Shown here: positions 18,002-28,100 of the stretch, piece by piece
How the letters are laid out: each line of letters opens with the position of its first letter
Position numbering within the stretch: position 1 is the first letter of the stretch
Source of the DNA: Bacteroidota bacterium
GTDB taxonomy: Bacteria > Bacteroidota > Rhodothermia > Rhodothermales > UBA10348
Reading direction: 5' to 3'
Length of the DNA stretch: 64,000 nucleotides
Assembly: GCA_029262775.1 (NCBI GenBank)
Contig: JAJCYR010000058.1
Span: 2,653-66,652, forward strand
The notes under the pieces: generated by a model
What the model saw: only the letters and a program-made list of their open reading frames with translations
Databases searched by the model: none
What the model was told of the DNA's origin: nothing
Position numbers and translations under genes: made by a program

Positions 18002-18835
18002 ATGAAGATGAGTAAAAAGATCATTACACGTTTCGCGCCAACACCCAGCGGCTTCCTGCACATGGGCAACGTCTGGAATCTGCTTTTCGTCGAGGATTTC
18101 GCCCGCAGCCGGGGCGGTCAACTGTGGCTGCGGGTCGATGATCTGGACCGGGCGCGCTACCGCCGCGAGTACGCCGAGGACATTTTCCGCGTCGCCGACT
18201 GGCTGGGAGTCCGGTTCGATAATGGCCCGCGGAATGTCCGCGACCTTGAATCCAACTGGTCACAGGCACTCCGAACAGAGCGTTACCGGGAGGCGCTGAG
18301 TGTGCTGGCAGCGAGCGGGCGCGTCTTCGCGTGCACCTGCTCCCGACGGGACGTGGCGGCCGCATCGACCCAGGGAGAATACCCGGGAACGTGCCTCCGT
18401 GCCGGGATTCCGCTCAATACCCCGGATGTGGCCTGGCGCTTCCACCTCGAAGGGACGCCGGGCGCAGCCCACCCGGTCGTGCGGCGGCGGGATGGATGTC
18501 CGGCCTACCATGTGGCTTCCATCGTGGACGACGTCGACATGGGGATGACGCATATTATTCGGGGACGGGACCTGGAAATATCGACCCACGTGCAACGCGC
18601 CCTGGCGGCGGTCATGAACGGTGAATTTGGCCGGTTTGGTCAGATCACGTTCCTGCACCACGCGCTGGTAACCGCACCAAACGGCACGAAGCTGTCCAAG
18701 TCGGCGGGCAGCGGCGCCGCCGGTCTGCTTTCGCGCCGCGCACCATCGGCAGAAGCGGTACGCCGAGCGTTCCGGTCGTGGCGGGAGACGCAGGTCAGGG
18801 CCTGTGCTGACGACGATTTCGGACCAGGTCTGTGA
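18002..18835 (+). CDS. gluQ: tRNA glutamyl-Q(34) synthetase (GluRS catalytic-domain paralog)
   Basis: '[14 protein letters not shown]' (HIGH), 'KLSKS' (KMSKS), a Cys cluster 'CTCSRRD...YPGTC', and a 277-aa length without an anticodon domain. Confidence 0.8.
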   Translation: MKMSKKIITRFAPTPSGFLHMGNVWNLLFVEDFARSRGGQLWLRVDDLDRARYRREYAEDIFRVADWLGVRFDNGPRNVRDLESNWSQALRTERYREALSVLAASGRVFACTCSRRDVAAASTQGEYPGTCLRAGIPLNTPDVAWRFHLEGTPGAAHPVVRRRDGCPAYHVASIVDDVDMGMTHIIRGRDLEISTHVQRALAAVMNGEFGRFGQITFLHHALVTAPNGTKLSKSAGSGAAGLLSRRAPSAEAVRRAFRSWRETQVRACADDDFGPGL

Positions 18836-20741
18836 CAACCGCCGGGTCAGCGAGCGTGGATGTGTCGCCGAGCTGGTCCTGCTCACCAGCCGCAATTTTT
18901 CGCAGAATACGGCGCATGATTTTGCCGCTGCGGGTCTTGGGCAGCGAGGGCGCAAACTGAATGAAATCGGGCGATGCAATGGGACCAATGACCCCTCGGA
19001 CGTGGTCACGAAGTTCCGTCTTGAGCTCGTCCGTGGCCTTTACGCCCTTGTTCAGTGTCACGTAACAATAAATGCCTTGTCCCTTTATGTCATGAGGCGT
19101 GCCTACGACGGCCGCCTCGGCAACCGTATGATGCGCAACGAGAGCACTCTCGACCTCGGCCGTACCCATCCTGTGGCCCGACACATTGATCACGTCGTCC
19201 ACGCGTCCCGTGATCCAAAAATACCCGTCCGCGTCGCGCCGGCAGCCATCGCCTGTGAAATAGTAATTGTCAAACGCCGAGAAATAGGTCTGCATGAAGC
19301 GGTCGTGGTCGCGGTAAATGGTACGCGCCTGACCGGGCCACGAAGCTTTCATGGCCAAAATGCCCTCGGCCTCGCCGTCGAGTTCCTGCCCGTCGGCGCC
19401 GAGGACTACCGGTTGGATACCGAAAAAAGGGAGCGTCGCCGAGCCCGGTTTCTGCGGAATGGCTGCCGCAAGCGGCGTAATCATGATGCCCCCATTTTCC
19501 GTCTGCCACCACGTGTCGACAATGGGGCAGCGGCCCTCTCCCACCACCTCATGGTACCACCGCCAGGCCTCTGGATTGATGGGTTCGCCGACCGTCCCGA
19601 GCAGCCGCAGCGATGACCGATCGGTACGCGTCACGAATTCCTTTCCCTGCCGCATGAGTGCGCGGATGGCCGTGGGCGCCGTATAGAACTGGTTCACACC
19701 ATGCCTGTCAACCACCTGCCAGAAGCGCGATGCATCGGGGTGGGTCGGGACGCCCTCGAAAAATACCTGCGTGGCGCCATTGATGAGCGGTCCGTAGACC
19801 ATGTACGTATGCCCCGTGATCCAGCCGACATCGGCCGTGCACCAGAAGACATCACCCGCGCGGTAATCGAAAACGTATTCGTGGGTAATGGATGCGTAGA
19901 CCTGATACCCGCCGGTCGTATGCACCAGTCCTTTGGGCTGGCCCGTCGATCCGGAGGTGTACAGGATGAAGAGCGGATCCTCAGCGTCCATGGGCTCGGC
20001 GACGCACACGGCGCTTGCCTTTTCCCGGGCCTCGTGGTACCAGATGTCGCGCCCACTGGTCATGGCCACCCCCCGCCCGCTGCGCTCGACCACAAGTACG
20101 GTATGCACATTCGGGCACTGCTCAAGGGCCTGGTCCGTGTTGGCCTTGAGCGGGACAAAGCCACCGGCACGAAGCCCTTCGTCGGCCGTAATCACGACAT
20201 CCGACGCGCAGTCCCGGATGCGACTCGCCAGGGCATCGGGCGAGAAGCCGCCGAATACGACGGAGTGAACGGCCCCAATCCGTGCACAGGCCAGCATGGC
20301 AACAGCGGCCTCAGGAATCATGGGCAGGTAAATAGTCACCCGGTCGCCTTTGTTGACACCCCGCTCTTTCAGGATGTTGGCCAGGCGACAGACGTCTTCA
20401 TGAAGCTCCCTATAGCTGATATGCCGGGCCGCTTCGTCCGGATTGTCGGGCTCAAAAATGAGCGCCGTCCGGTCGGCGTGCTGGTCCAGGTGCCGGTCCA
20501 GCGCATTGTAGCAGGCGTTGGTTTTTCCGCCTCGGTACCAGGAAATGTGTACGTTTCCCGGCGCAAAGCTCACGTCGCGTACCACGCTGAAAGGCTCAAA
20601 CCACACAATGCGGTCCGCCTCGCGCTGCCAGAATGCCTCGGGATCCTCTACGGACCGCCTGTAGAGCTCGTCATAAGCGGCGCGGTCCTTGACGTGGGCG
20701 TGCTCGCGATAGGCGTCGGATGCAGGATACAGGTCTTTCAT
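18795..20741 (-). CDS. acs: acetyl-CoA synthetase
   Basis: '[11 protein letters not shown]', 'WWQTENGG', '[31 protein letters not shown]' and '[12 protein letters not shown]' are present. Confidence 0.95.
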   Translation of the reverse strand: MKDLYPASDAYREHAHVKDRAAYDELYRRSVEDPEAFWQREADRIVWFEPFSVVRDVSFAPGNVHISWYRGGKTNACYNALDRHLDQHADRTALIFEPDNPDEAARHISYRELHEDVCRLANILKERGVNKGDRVTIYLPMIPEAAVAMLACARIGAVHSVVFGGFSPDALASRIRDCASDVVITADEGLRAGGFVPLKANTDQALEQCPNVHTVLVVERSGRGVAMTSGRDIWYHEAREKASAVCVAEPMDAEDPLFILYTSGSTGQPKGLVHTTGGYQVYASITHEYVFDYRAGDVFWCTADVGWITGHTYMVYGPLINGATQVFFEGVPTHPDASRFWQVVDRHGVNQFYTAPTAIRALMRQGKEFVTRTDRSSLRLLGTVGEPINPEAWRWYHEVVGEGRCPIVDTWWQTENGGIMITPLAAAIPQKPGSATLPFFGIQPVVLGADGQELDGEAEGILAMKASWPGQARTIYRDHDRFMQTYFSAFDNYYFTGDGCRRDADGYFWITGRVDDVINVSGHRMGTAEVESALVAHHTVAEAAVVGTPHDIKGQGIYCYVTLNKGVKATDELKTELRDHVRGVIGPIASPDFIQFAPSLPKTRSGKIMRRILRKIAAGEQDQLGDTSTLADPAVVTDLVRNRRQHRP

Positions 20742-20828
20742 GGCGTATGTTGGGTTCAGGCGTCAGGAACAAGATAGGATCGAGAAACCATGCGGACCGT
20801 TGTTTTGATGCTCCTCGGCGTTACCTCA

Positions 20829-22622
20829 TCAATGGACGAATTCCGCGGGTGCTGAGCCAATTACGGCGTTTGTGAGCACGATGTCATCGGCGCTTTCGAC
20901 GTCGGCTGGCGTGATGGGGGCTTCCCGGACTGGTCGTCCATCTTCGGCAAGCCGCGTGGCCATGAAGGCCGCGCGCGCCGTTCCGCCAAGGAGGCCGCAG
21001 GCTTCCGGCGGCGTTGTCCACACGTCGCCCTGCCGGATGAACAGGTTCGTAATACTCCCCTCGGTCACGTATCCCTTCTCGTTCACAAGGAGCGCATCGA
21101 ACCAGCCACGCTCCCCGGCCAGGCGTCTTGACTGGTCATATTCGGGTCGATACGTCGTTTTGTGGCGCAAAAATACGTTCTGCGTGTCGACCCGGATGCC
21201 CGAGAGTCCCACCTTGAGGCGGGTTGAACCGGTCGGCACTGCTCCGAGTTGGAATTCCACGTCGCCCTGCTGCCCCACGGTCAGCCGGATGCGTACGGCG
21301 GCCGCCTCCATGGCCACGCACTCCACGGCTGTACGAATACCCTCCAGCCCCACATCCCAACCAAAGTAACGGGCCGATGCGCCGAGCCGCGCCATGTGGG
21401 CATCCAGATTCCGGACACGTCCTCCCTCGGCGCGCATGGTCTCCAGCAGCCGGAACGTCGGACGGGGCGCAGTCAGGAATCGGGTTTTGAGGCAGGTCTC
21501 CTCGTACTCGGCCGCGGCGTCTGAATCCCACACGATTCCCGCCCCGGCACCAAGACGCATGCGGCCGTCCCGTACGAGGGCCGTGCGAATAGCCACGTTG
21601 AAGCGGGCGGCGCCATCGGGTGCTGCGTACCCGATGGCGCCGCAGTACACGCCGCGCGGCTCCGGCTCGATCTCAGCAATCCGCTGCATGGCGCGCCGTT
21701 TCGGGGCGCCCGTGACCGATCCGCAGGGAAAGAGCGCACCAAACACGTCCGCAAGCGACATTCCCGCGCACAGGTCGCCCTCCACGGTGGACGTCATCTG
21801 CAGTACCGACCCGTACGTCTCAACCTCAAGCAGTGCGGGCACCCGGACCGATCCCGGCGTGCACACGCGCGAGAGGTCGTTCCTTAAAAGGTCCACAATC
21901 ATCAGGTTTTCAGCTCGGCTCTTCGGATCGGTCCGAAGAGCTTCGGCGTACGCCGCATCTTCTTCCAAGGTCAAGCCACGCGCATGCGTTCCTTTCATGG
22001 GCCGCGTCCAAATACGCCGACGCCCGGGATTGATCTCAAAAAACAGTTCCGGCGACCAGCTGAGTATGTGGGTGCTCCTGTCTCCCTGGCCGCTCCCTTC
22101 TCCCTGGCCGTTCCCTTCCCCGTACGCAATCCGGGCCGCCCACGGCACCGGGTGGCGCTCCAGGATGTGGGCGTGAAGCGCATCCGGGGCGGCGTGGAGC
22201 GGGCCTTCAAACACCGTCGTGTAATTGATCTGGTAGACATCCCCCTCGCGGATGAGCGCCCGCACCCGCTCGACGCCGGCCAGGAACGCTTCACGCCCCC
22301 CGCATTCGAGGAGGGGGCCGACAAGCGGGCCACCGGGCGGCTCGCCCAAGAGCTCCGGAGCACCCAAATCGCTGCGGGCCGGCGCCGACGTGTCCACGTC
22401 GGCGTAAATCCCGAACCACGCACACGGCACGCGCCATGCTGGCCCTCCGTCGTCGTAGGATACATGCCCCGCAGCGTAATACCCCTCGTCAACGTACGCA
22501 TCGACCCGCTCCAGAACAGGTAACACCTCGCCGGGCGTATGTGCCCGGAGTACGTGAACCGGATTCCGAAAGGTCAGCGGACCCCACGTTCCGCTGAGGA
22601 CAACGGTGTCAGTAGCTGTCAT
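20829..22622 (-). CDS. pabB: aminodeoxychorismate synthase component I fused to a class-IV aminotransferase (ADC lyase-like) domain
   Basis: A chorismate-binding core ('FPCGSVTGAPKRRAM', 'RGVYCGAIGY') is followed by a roughly 200-aa C-terminal fold-type IV domain. Confidence 0.85.
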   Translation of the reverse strand: MTATDTVVLSGTWGPLTFRNPVHVLRAHTPGEVLPVLERVDAYVDEGYYAAGHVSYDDGGPAWRVPCAWFGIYADVDTSAPARSDLGAPELLGEPPGGPLVGPLLECGGREAFLAGVERVRALIREGDVYQINYTTVFEGPLHAAPDALHAHILERHPVPWAARIAYGEGNGQGEGSGQGDRSTHILSWSPELFFEINPGRRRIWTRPMKGTHARGLTLEEDAAYAEALRTDPKSRAENLMIVDLLRNDLSRVCTPGSVRVPALLEVETYGSVLQMTSTVEGDLCAGMSLADVFGALFPCGSVTGAPKRRAMQRIAEIEPEPRGVYCGAIGYAAPDGAARFNVAIRTALVRDGRMRLGAGAGIVWDSDAAAEYEETCLKTRFLTAPRPTFRLLETMRAEGGRVRNLDAHMARLGASARYFGWDVGLEGIRTAVECVAMEAAAVRIRLTVGQQGDVEFQLGAVPTGSTRLKVGLSGIRVDTQNVFLRHKTTYRPEYDQSRRLAGERGWFDALLVNEKGYVTEGSITNLFIRQGDVWTTPPEACGLLGGTARAAFMATRLAEDGRPVREAPITPADVESADDIVLTNAVIGSAPAEFVH

Positions 22623-24015
22623 CGAGTGAAAAAACCGGCTGGCGGGTCATCCAGCGGCCGCGGGTGAAATCCGGAAACGTCTGCACAGCGCCGCCCGCTG
22701 CAATGGACATCTCCGACAACGGCGTAATCGCGCTCCAGGCCGCGGCATCGTAGGCATCGAGGGGTGTGTTGACGCCCGCCTTGATCGCTTCAACGAACGC
22801 GTGGTCCACGAAAAAATCCATGCCCCCGTGACCAGCGCCCACGGCCCGGTCTTCGAACCGTTTCCAGAGGGGATGATCGTACTTCTCGAGCCACGCGTTC
22901 GCATCTTCCCATTGGTGCTTCGGGCTGCGGCCCTCGATGTGAAGCTTGTCCATCACATCCATCCAGAGTCCGTCGGTTCCCTGCACCCGGAAGCCGAGCG
23001 AGTAGGGACGCGGATTGTTGGTGTCGTGCTTCACAATAATCGTCTCTCCCTGCTGCGTCTGGATGGTTGACGTGACCATGTCGCCCAGCTTGAAACGCAC
23101 GCTGGCATTCGGATGGTCAGATCCGGCCTGGTCCACGATGTATTTGTGCAGGCCGCGGGCCTTCGTAGCGACCGATGACATGGCGGTAAACCGGTTGCCG
23201 CGGTTGATGTCCAGGTACACGCCAACGGGCCCAATCCCGTGCGTCGGGTAAATATCCCCGTTACGATGCACGGAGTGCCACGTACGCCATTTTGCCTCGG
23301 AAAACCCCTTCTCGCCGAATTCGACGCCGCCGCCATACGGCTGCCTTCCATTGTTGAACTTGACCTCGCGCAGGTCGTGCTGATACCCGCACTCGAGAAA
23401 AAGCAGTTCGCCAAAGAGCCCCGCGCGGACCATTTGCAGAATGGCCATCACATCCCGGCGGTAGCACACGTTTTCCATGATCATGCACGGCATGCCGGTG
23501 GTCTCATAGGCATTTACGAGGTCCCAGCACTCCTCGAGCGTGTTGGCGGCCGATACCTCCACGCCGGCATACTTTCCAGCCTTCATGACGCCGACCGCCA
23601 TGCGCGTGTGCCACAGCCAGGGCGTAGCGATAATAACACCGTCCAGATCGTCCCGCGCAATCATGTCCTGCCAGGCATATTCGCCCCCCGTATACACCTC
23701 GGCGTCCGGGCGACCGGCATCGGCAAGGAGTTTTTGCGATGCGGCGATCGCGCCCGCGTCGATGTCGCAGATAGCAGGAATCAGGGTATCGTCCCGGAGA
23801 CTGATCAGGCGCAGGTGCTCCCGCCCCCGAAGTCCGGTACCAATGAAGCCGATGCGGGCTTTTTCGCGTGGGGTGCGCTCGAAACGCGCGCCGGCGGGAA
23901 CGGTGTGCGCGGCTGCGTCCTGCGCGGCGGCGGCGGCCGCCGCCGCGTGGCGGGCGCCGAGTGTTACGCCGGCGCCCGCGATGGTGCCGGCGGTGAGAAA
24001 GGTTCTTCGGTCCAT
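22609..24015 (-). CDS. Gfo/Idh/MocA-family oxidoreductase with Tat signal (GH109-like)
   Basis: 'MDRRTFLTAGTIAGAGV' is a twin-Arg signal with a poly-Ala h-region. 'IGFIGTGLRGREH' is a Rossmann motif. The length and C-terminal domain resemble GH109 and related periplasmic dehydrogenases. Confidence 0.75.
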   Translation of the reverse strand: MDRRTFLTAGTIAGAGVTLGARHAAAAAAAAQDAAAHTVPAGARFERTPREKARIGFIGTGLRGREHLRLISLRDDTLIPAICDIDAGAIAASQKLLADAGRPDAEVYTGGEYAWQDMIARDDLDGVIIATPWLWHTRMAVGVMKAGKYAGVEVSAANTLEECWDLVNAYETTGMPCMIMENVCYRRDVMAILQMVRAGLFGELLFLECGYQHDLREVKFNNGRQPYGGGVEFGEKGFSEAKWRTWHSVHRNGDIYPTHGIGPVGVYLDINRGNRFTAMSSVATKARGLHKYIVDQAGSDHPNASVRFKLGDMVTSTIQTQQGETIIVKHDTNNPRPYSLGFRVQGTDGLWMDVMDKLHIEGRSPKHQWEDANAWLEKYDHPLWKRFEDRAVGAGHGGMDFFVDHAFVEAIKAGVNTPLDAYDAAAWSAITPLSEMSIAAGGAVQTFPDFTRGRWMTRQPVFSLDDSY

Positions 24016-24164
24016 GATGCGAAAAGAGGTTTATCGAGCGTGCATATCGGCCGGCAGCGGCGAGCCGCCCGGGCATAAATCTACGATCCGGCCAGTTGGC
24101 GATACACGGCCTCGGCCCGTGCAGCGGGTTTACTCCGCGTGTCCCGTGGCGTAGATTCCGGCCC

Positions 24165-25958
24165 ATGCAGTTCTCTCCACTCGACTGGGCGGTGATGGCG
24201 GCGTTTTTCGCCGTATCCATCGGAATAGGACTTTCCGTTGCGAGGAAGGCCGGGCGCGACTTCAATTCGTTTTTCCTGGGTGGGAGAAACATGCCCTGGT
24301 GGCTGCTCGGCGTATCGATGGTGGCGACCACGTTCAGTACGGACACGCCGAACCTGGTCACCGATCTGGTGCGCACGTCGGGCGTGGTGGGAAACTGGGC
24401 GTGGTGGGCGTTCCTCCTGACCGGCATGCTGACCGTGTTCCTGTACGCGCGGTTGTGGCGGCGTTCAGGGGTCGTGACCGATGTGGAATTCTATGAAATG
24501 CGGTATTCGGGTAGGCTTGCGGCGTTTCTGAGGGGCTTCCGGGCCGTGTACCTGGGCATTCTGTTCAACATCCTCATCATGGCGTCCGTCACGCTCGCGG
24601 CCATCAAGATCGGGAGTGTGATGATGGGCTGGTCGCCGCTTGAGACCGTGGTGATTGCTGCCAGTGTGACCGTGATCTACTCCGCGGTGGGCGGCCTGCG
24701 GGGCGTCGTGTTGACCGACTTGATCCAGTTCGCGATGGCCATGACCGGCTCCATCTGGGCTACCGTTTACGTTCTTGACCTGCCCGAAGTCGGTGGGCTC
24801 GGCGCGCTGCTGGAGCACCCGAACGTGCTGCCCAAACTCAACTTCCTGCCCGACTTTTCCACGATGCGGATGGATGACCTCGTGCCGCTCTTCATTATTC
24901 CGCTCGCCGTCCAGTGGTGGGCAGCCTACTACCCGGGTGCGGAGCCGGGCGGCGGTGGATACATTGTCCAGCGCATGCTCTCGGCCAAGGATGAGAAGAA
25001 TGCGCTCGGCGCCACGTTCCTCTTCAATGCGCTGCATTATGCCCTCCGGCCGTGGCCGTGGATCCTGATTGCGCTCGCATCGCTCATCGTGTTTCCCGAT
25101 CTGGCATCCATTGCCGAGCGGTTTCCGAACGTCCCCGAGCAGGTGGTGCGCAACGACCTGGCCTACCCGGCCATGCTCACGTTTCTGCCAGCTGGCCTGT
25201 TGGGACTTGTGGTCACATCGCTTGCCGCCGCCTACATGTCCACCATGTCGACACAGGTCAACTGGGGCGCGAGCATCATCGTCCATGATATCTACGAGCG
25301 ATTCGTGAACCCGGCGGCATCGGAAACGCGGCAGGTCTGGATGGGGCGGCTCTGGACGGTCATTCTGATGGCCGTGGCGTGTACGCTCGCCCTGTTCCTG
25401 GAAAACGCCCTGCAGGTGTTCGAAATCCTGGTCCAGATCGGCGCGGGAACGGGACTGCTGTTCATTCTACGCTGGTACTGGTGGCGCGTAAATGCCGCCT
25501 CGGAACTGACGGCCATGATCGTGTCGTTTACCGTCGCGGTGGTATTCCAGGTGTTTGACGGCTTCGGAATGCCGACGTGGGGGCAGCTGGTATCGGGCGT
25601 CGCCATTACGACAGCCGCCTGGGTGGCAGTGGCATGGTTCGGTCCGCAGACGGACATGGCTACGCTGGTCTCCTTCGTCCGCAGAATTCGTCCGGGCGGG
25701 CGGGGGTGGAAGGCGGTCACGGACGCCATGGAGAGCGGCGAACCCTCTGGCGGAAACGAGCAGTACGGACCAGCGGACGGTGAACTCCCGGCGTCGCTTC
25801 TGGCCGCATTCCTGGGCGTGGTGGCTATTTACGGCGTTTTGTTTACGACGGGCTATGCGCTGTACGGGCAGTGGGGCGCCGCCGCGCTGACCGGAACGCT
25901 GGCCGTCGCCGCCGGGGTATGGCTCACGCGGCTCTGGAGGCGGATCTCCTTCCTGTGA
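24165..25958 (+). CDS. sodium:solute symporter (SSS) family transporter
   Basis: About 13-14 TM helices. 'FFLGGRNMPWW' near the N-terminus is typical of SSS proteins. Trimmed to the ATG at 24165. Confidence 0.85.
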   Translation: MQFSPLDWAVMAAFFAVSIGIGLSVARKAGRDFNSFFLGGRNMPWWLLGVSMVATTFSTDTPNLVTDLVRTSGVVGNWAWWAFLLTGMLTVFLYARLWRRSGVVTDVEFYEMRYSGRLAAFLRGFRAVYLGILFNILIMASVTLAAIKIGSVMMGWSPLETVVIAASVTVIYSAVGGLRGVVLTDLIQFAMAMTGSIWATVYVLDLPEVGGLGALLEHPNVLPKLNFLPDFSTMRMDDLVPLFIIPLAVQWWAAYYPGAEPGGGGYIVQRMLSAKDEKNALGATFLFNALHYALRPWPWILIALASLIVFPDLASIAERFPNVPEQVVRNDLAYPAMLTFLPAGLLGLVVTSLAAAYMSTMSTQVNWGASIIVHDIYERFVNPAASETRQVWMGRLWTVILMAVACTLALFLENALQVFEILVQIGAGTGLLFILRWYWWRVNAASELTAMIVSFTVAVVFQVFDGFGMPTWGQLVSGVAITTAAWVAVAWFGPQTDMATLVSFVRRIRPGGRGWKAVTDAMESGEPSGGNEQYGPADGELPASLLAAFLGVVAIYGVLFTTGYALYGQWGAAALTGTLAVAAGVWLTRLWRRISFL

Positions 25959-25976
25959 GCACGCCGCCCGGCAGGC

Positions 25977-26540
25977 TCATGATCGCCGCCGTGTCCGCAC
26001 AGGTGGCGGCCGAACCGGCGTGCGGCCGCCCGGCTTGTTTTTCCTGCGCCGGGACCGGAACGGCAGCACGAACAGCCACACTCCGGTGACCAACAGCACG
26101 AAAAGGCCCACCCCGCTCGGAAGAAAAACGCCCAGTTTCGTCCAGTCGCCGGCGAACCAGGACCCGTCGTGCAGCGACTCTATCAGATCGCTCCGGCGGT
26201 AAGCCGTGTGAAGCACCTCGCCGGTTCCGAGGTCAATCTGGACCTCCCAGTCGTTGTGCAGGCGGACCTTGACGACGCCTTTCCCGGGCCTCACATCGAG
26301 CCGGTCAATGTCGGCCCACGATGCGACGTCAAACTGTGGATGCGCGCGCATGAGGTCCAGAATTTCTTCCAATTGGATGGCCGGCTCCGTTCCTGTCCCC
26401 GAGAATTCCTCCGGCTGCACCCACGCCGATTGCTTTTTGACCTGCAGGAGCATTCCCGTCATGGCCACGACCAGCATGGGCACAAGAATCCCTATGCCAA
26501 TCCAGTAGTGGACTTTGCGTGTGGTTTTATTGAAATTCAC
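25977..26540 (-). CDS. PepSY-domain membrane protein
   Basis: 'RKVHYWIGIGILVPMLVVAMTG' at the N-terminus and a second TM near the C-terminus give the PepSY_TM-like architecture. Confidence 0.6.
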   Translation of the reverse strand: MNFNKTTRKVHYWIGIGILVPMLVVAMTGMLLQVKKQSAWVQPEEFSGTGTEPAIQLEEILDLMRAHPQFDVASWADIDRLDVRPGKGVVKVRLHNDWEVQIDLGTGEVLHTAYRRSDLIESLHDGSWFAGDWTKLGVFLPSGVGLFVLLVTGVWLFVLPFRSRRRKNKPGGRTPVRPPPVRTRRRS

Positions 26541-26556
26541 GTGGCAGCGTTCCCGT

Positions 26557-28008
26557 TCATTCCCCCTGGCCCAGGGAATAGCCGCGAACTCCGTCGAACG
26601 TGTACAGGTGCTCGGTCTTGATCACCTCCAGACCCGCCGCGTGAACGGCCGCGAGCAGCGAGAGCAGATGATCGAAGGTCAGCTGCGTAGAGGACGCGAC
26701 GGGTACGAAACGGCACCGCCAGTGGTCAGACCAGAATGTTTCCGGTAGGCCGTCCGGGTAGACCTTTACGCCACGGTTTGTAATCATTTTCAGCTCCAGT
26801 GCCGTGTCTGTCACGGCCAATTCCAGCGCTTTCCCGAGGACCTCCGGGTTGCGGTCTCCCTCATCCCAGTCCAGGAATACGTCAATCCCCTCGAGCACCT
26901 TTTTGGACGTCGTGCGGCGGGGCTTGGGGACGGTGATGGCTCCCTTCCTGTACTGCACCCGGCGCAGTTTCCGGGGTTCATTGCCCAGGTTGGCAATCAC
27001 GACGTCGGTAAAGCCGAACGTGCCGACTCCCCGCTCCGACAGCCCTTCCCGGTAAATATCTGCTGTGTGTATACCTGACTCGAGCGCACACAGCCAGGCA
27101 TTTTCAACGCGCTCGGCCACATCGCCCAGCCCCAGATGGACGAGCATCTGCGTGGCTGCCACCAACAGGCCCGATGGATTCGCAATTTTTCTGCCGGCGA
27201 TGTCCGGAGCAGACCCGTGGATGGCCTCGAACATGGCTACTTCATCCCCGATGTTGGCCGATCCCGCCAGTCCCACGGAGCCGGCAATCTGGGAGGCGAT
27301 GTCGGACAGGATGTCGCCGTACAGGTTGAGCGTACAGATAACGTCGAACCGCTCTGGCTGCTCGGCCACGCGCGCGGCACCAATATCAATGATGTAGTGA
27401 TCGGACTCGATGTCCGGGTATTCGGCCGCAATTTCGTTGAACACCTTGTGAAACAGTCCGTCGGTGTGCTTCATGATATTGTCCTTCGTCATGCACGTCA
27501 CGGTCTGACGGCCATACGCCCGGGCGTATTCGAAGGCATAACGGACAATGCGCTCCGTACCGGGACGCGTGATCAGCTTGAGGACCTGTGCCACCTCATT
27601 GGTCTGCTGGTGCTCTATGCCCGCATAAAGGTCCTCCTCATTTTCACGCACAATCACCAGGTCCATGGTCGGATGCTGGCTGGTCACGAACGGCGCATAG
27701 GACTTGGACGGCCGCACATTGGCATACAGACTCAGCGACTTGCGGATGGTCACATTCAGACTCTTGTACCCGCCGCCCTGCGGCGTCGTGATGGGCGCTT
27801 TGAGAAACACCTTGTTGCGCCGGATCACGTCCCACGCATCGGGTGCCAGGCCTGACGTGTGCCCCGCCTCGAACATCTCCTTTCCCACCTTGATCTCATC
27901 GTAGCGCAGCGGCGCCCCGGCCGCATCCAGAATGCGGAGCGTGGCCTCCATGATTTCGGGTCCAATGCCGTCTCCGCGGGCGATCGTGATGGGAATTTGT
28001 TGTGCCAT
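26557..28008 (-). CDS. icd: NADP-dependent isocitrate dehydrogenase (long form with an extra C-terminal domain)
   Basis: 'RGDGIGPEI', 'KSLNVTIRK' and 'NLYGDILSD' are present. About 140 extra C-terminal residues are present, as I recall for Thermus-type ICDH. Confidence 0.9.
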   Translation of the reverse strand: MAQQIPITIARGDGIGPEIMEATLRILDAAGAPLRYDEIKVGKEMFEAGHTSGLAPDAWDVIRRNKVFLKAPITTPQGGGYKSLNVTIRKSLSLYANVRPSKSYAPFVTSQHPTMDLVIVRENEEDLYAGIEHQQTNEVAQVLKLITRPGTERIVRYAFEYARAYGRQTVTCMTKDNIMKHTDGLFHKVFNEIAAEYPDIESDHYIIDIGAARVAEQPERFDVICTLNLYGDILSDIASQIAGSVGLAGSANIGDEVAMFEAIHGSAPDIAGRKIANPSGLLVAATQMLVHLGLGDVAERVENAWLCALESGIHTADIYREGLSERGVGTFGFTDVVIANLGNEPRKLRRVQYRKGAITVPKPRRTTSKKVLEGIDVFLDWDEGDRNPEVLGKALELAVTDTALELKMITNRGVKVYPDGLPETFWSDHWRCRFVPVASSTQLTFDHLLSLLAAVHAAGLEVIKTEHLYTFDGVRGYSLGQGE

Positions 28009-28100
28009 GGAAATAGGGAAATGAAGTGGAACGAAGCAGTACTATACTGCAATATGATACAGCCGATGCCCACGCCAGCCAACCGGGTCCGGTTCCCGGC

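Noticed and set aside
18795-18835. A 41-nt convergent overlap of the gluQ and acs 3' ends.
   Set aside because: The likely cause is that the gluQ frame runs on to the first available stop inside the acs tail. There is no structure or motif suggesting a functional antisense arrangement.
23925-23948. A GCG/GCC triplet run that could look like a simple-sequence repeat.
   Set aside because: It encodes the poly-Ala h-region (AAAAAAAAQ) of the Tat signal peptide of the oxidoreductase. It is in frame and coding.
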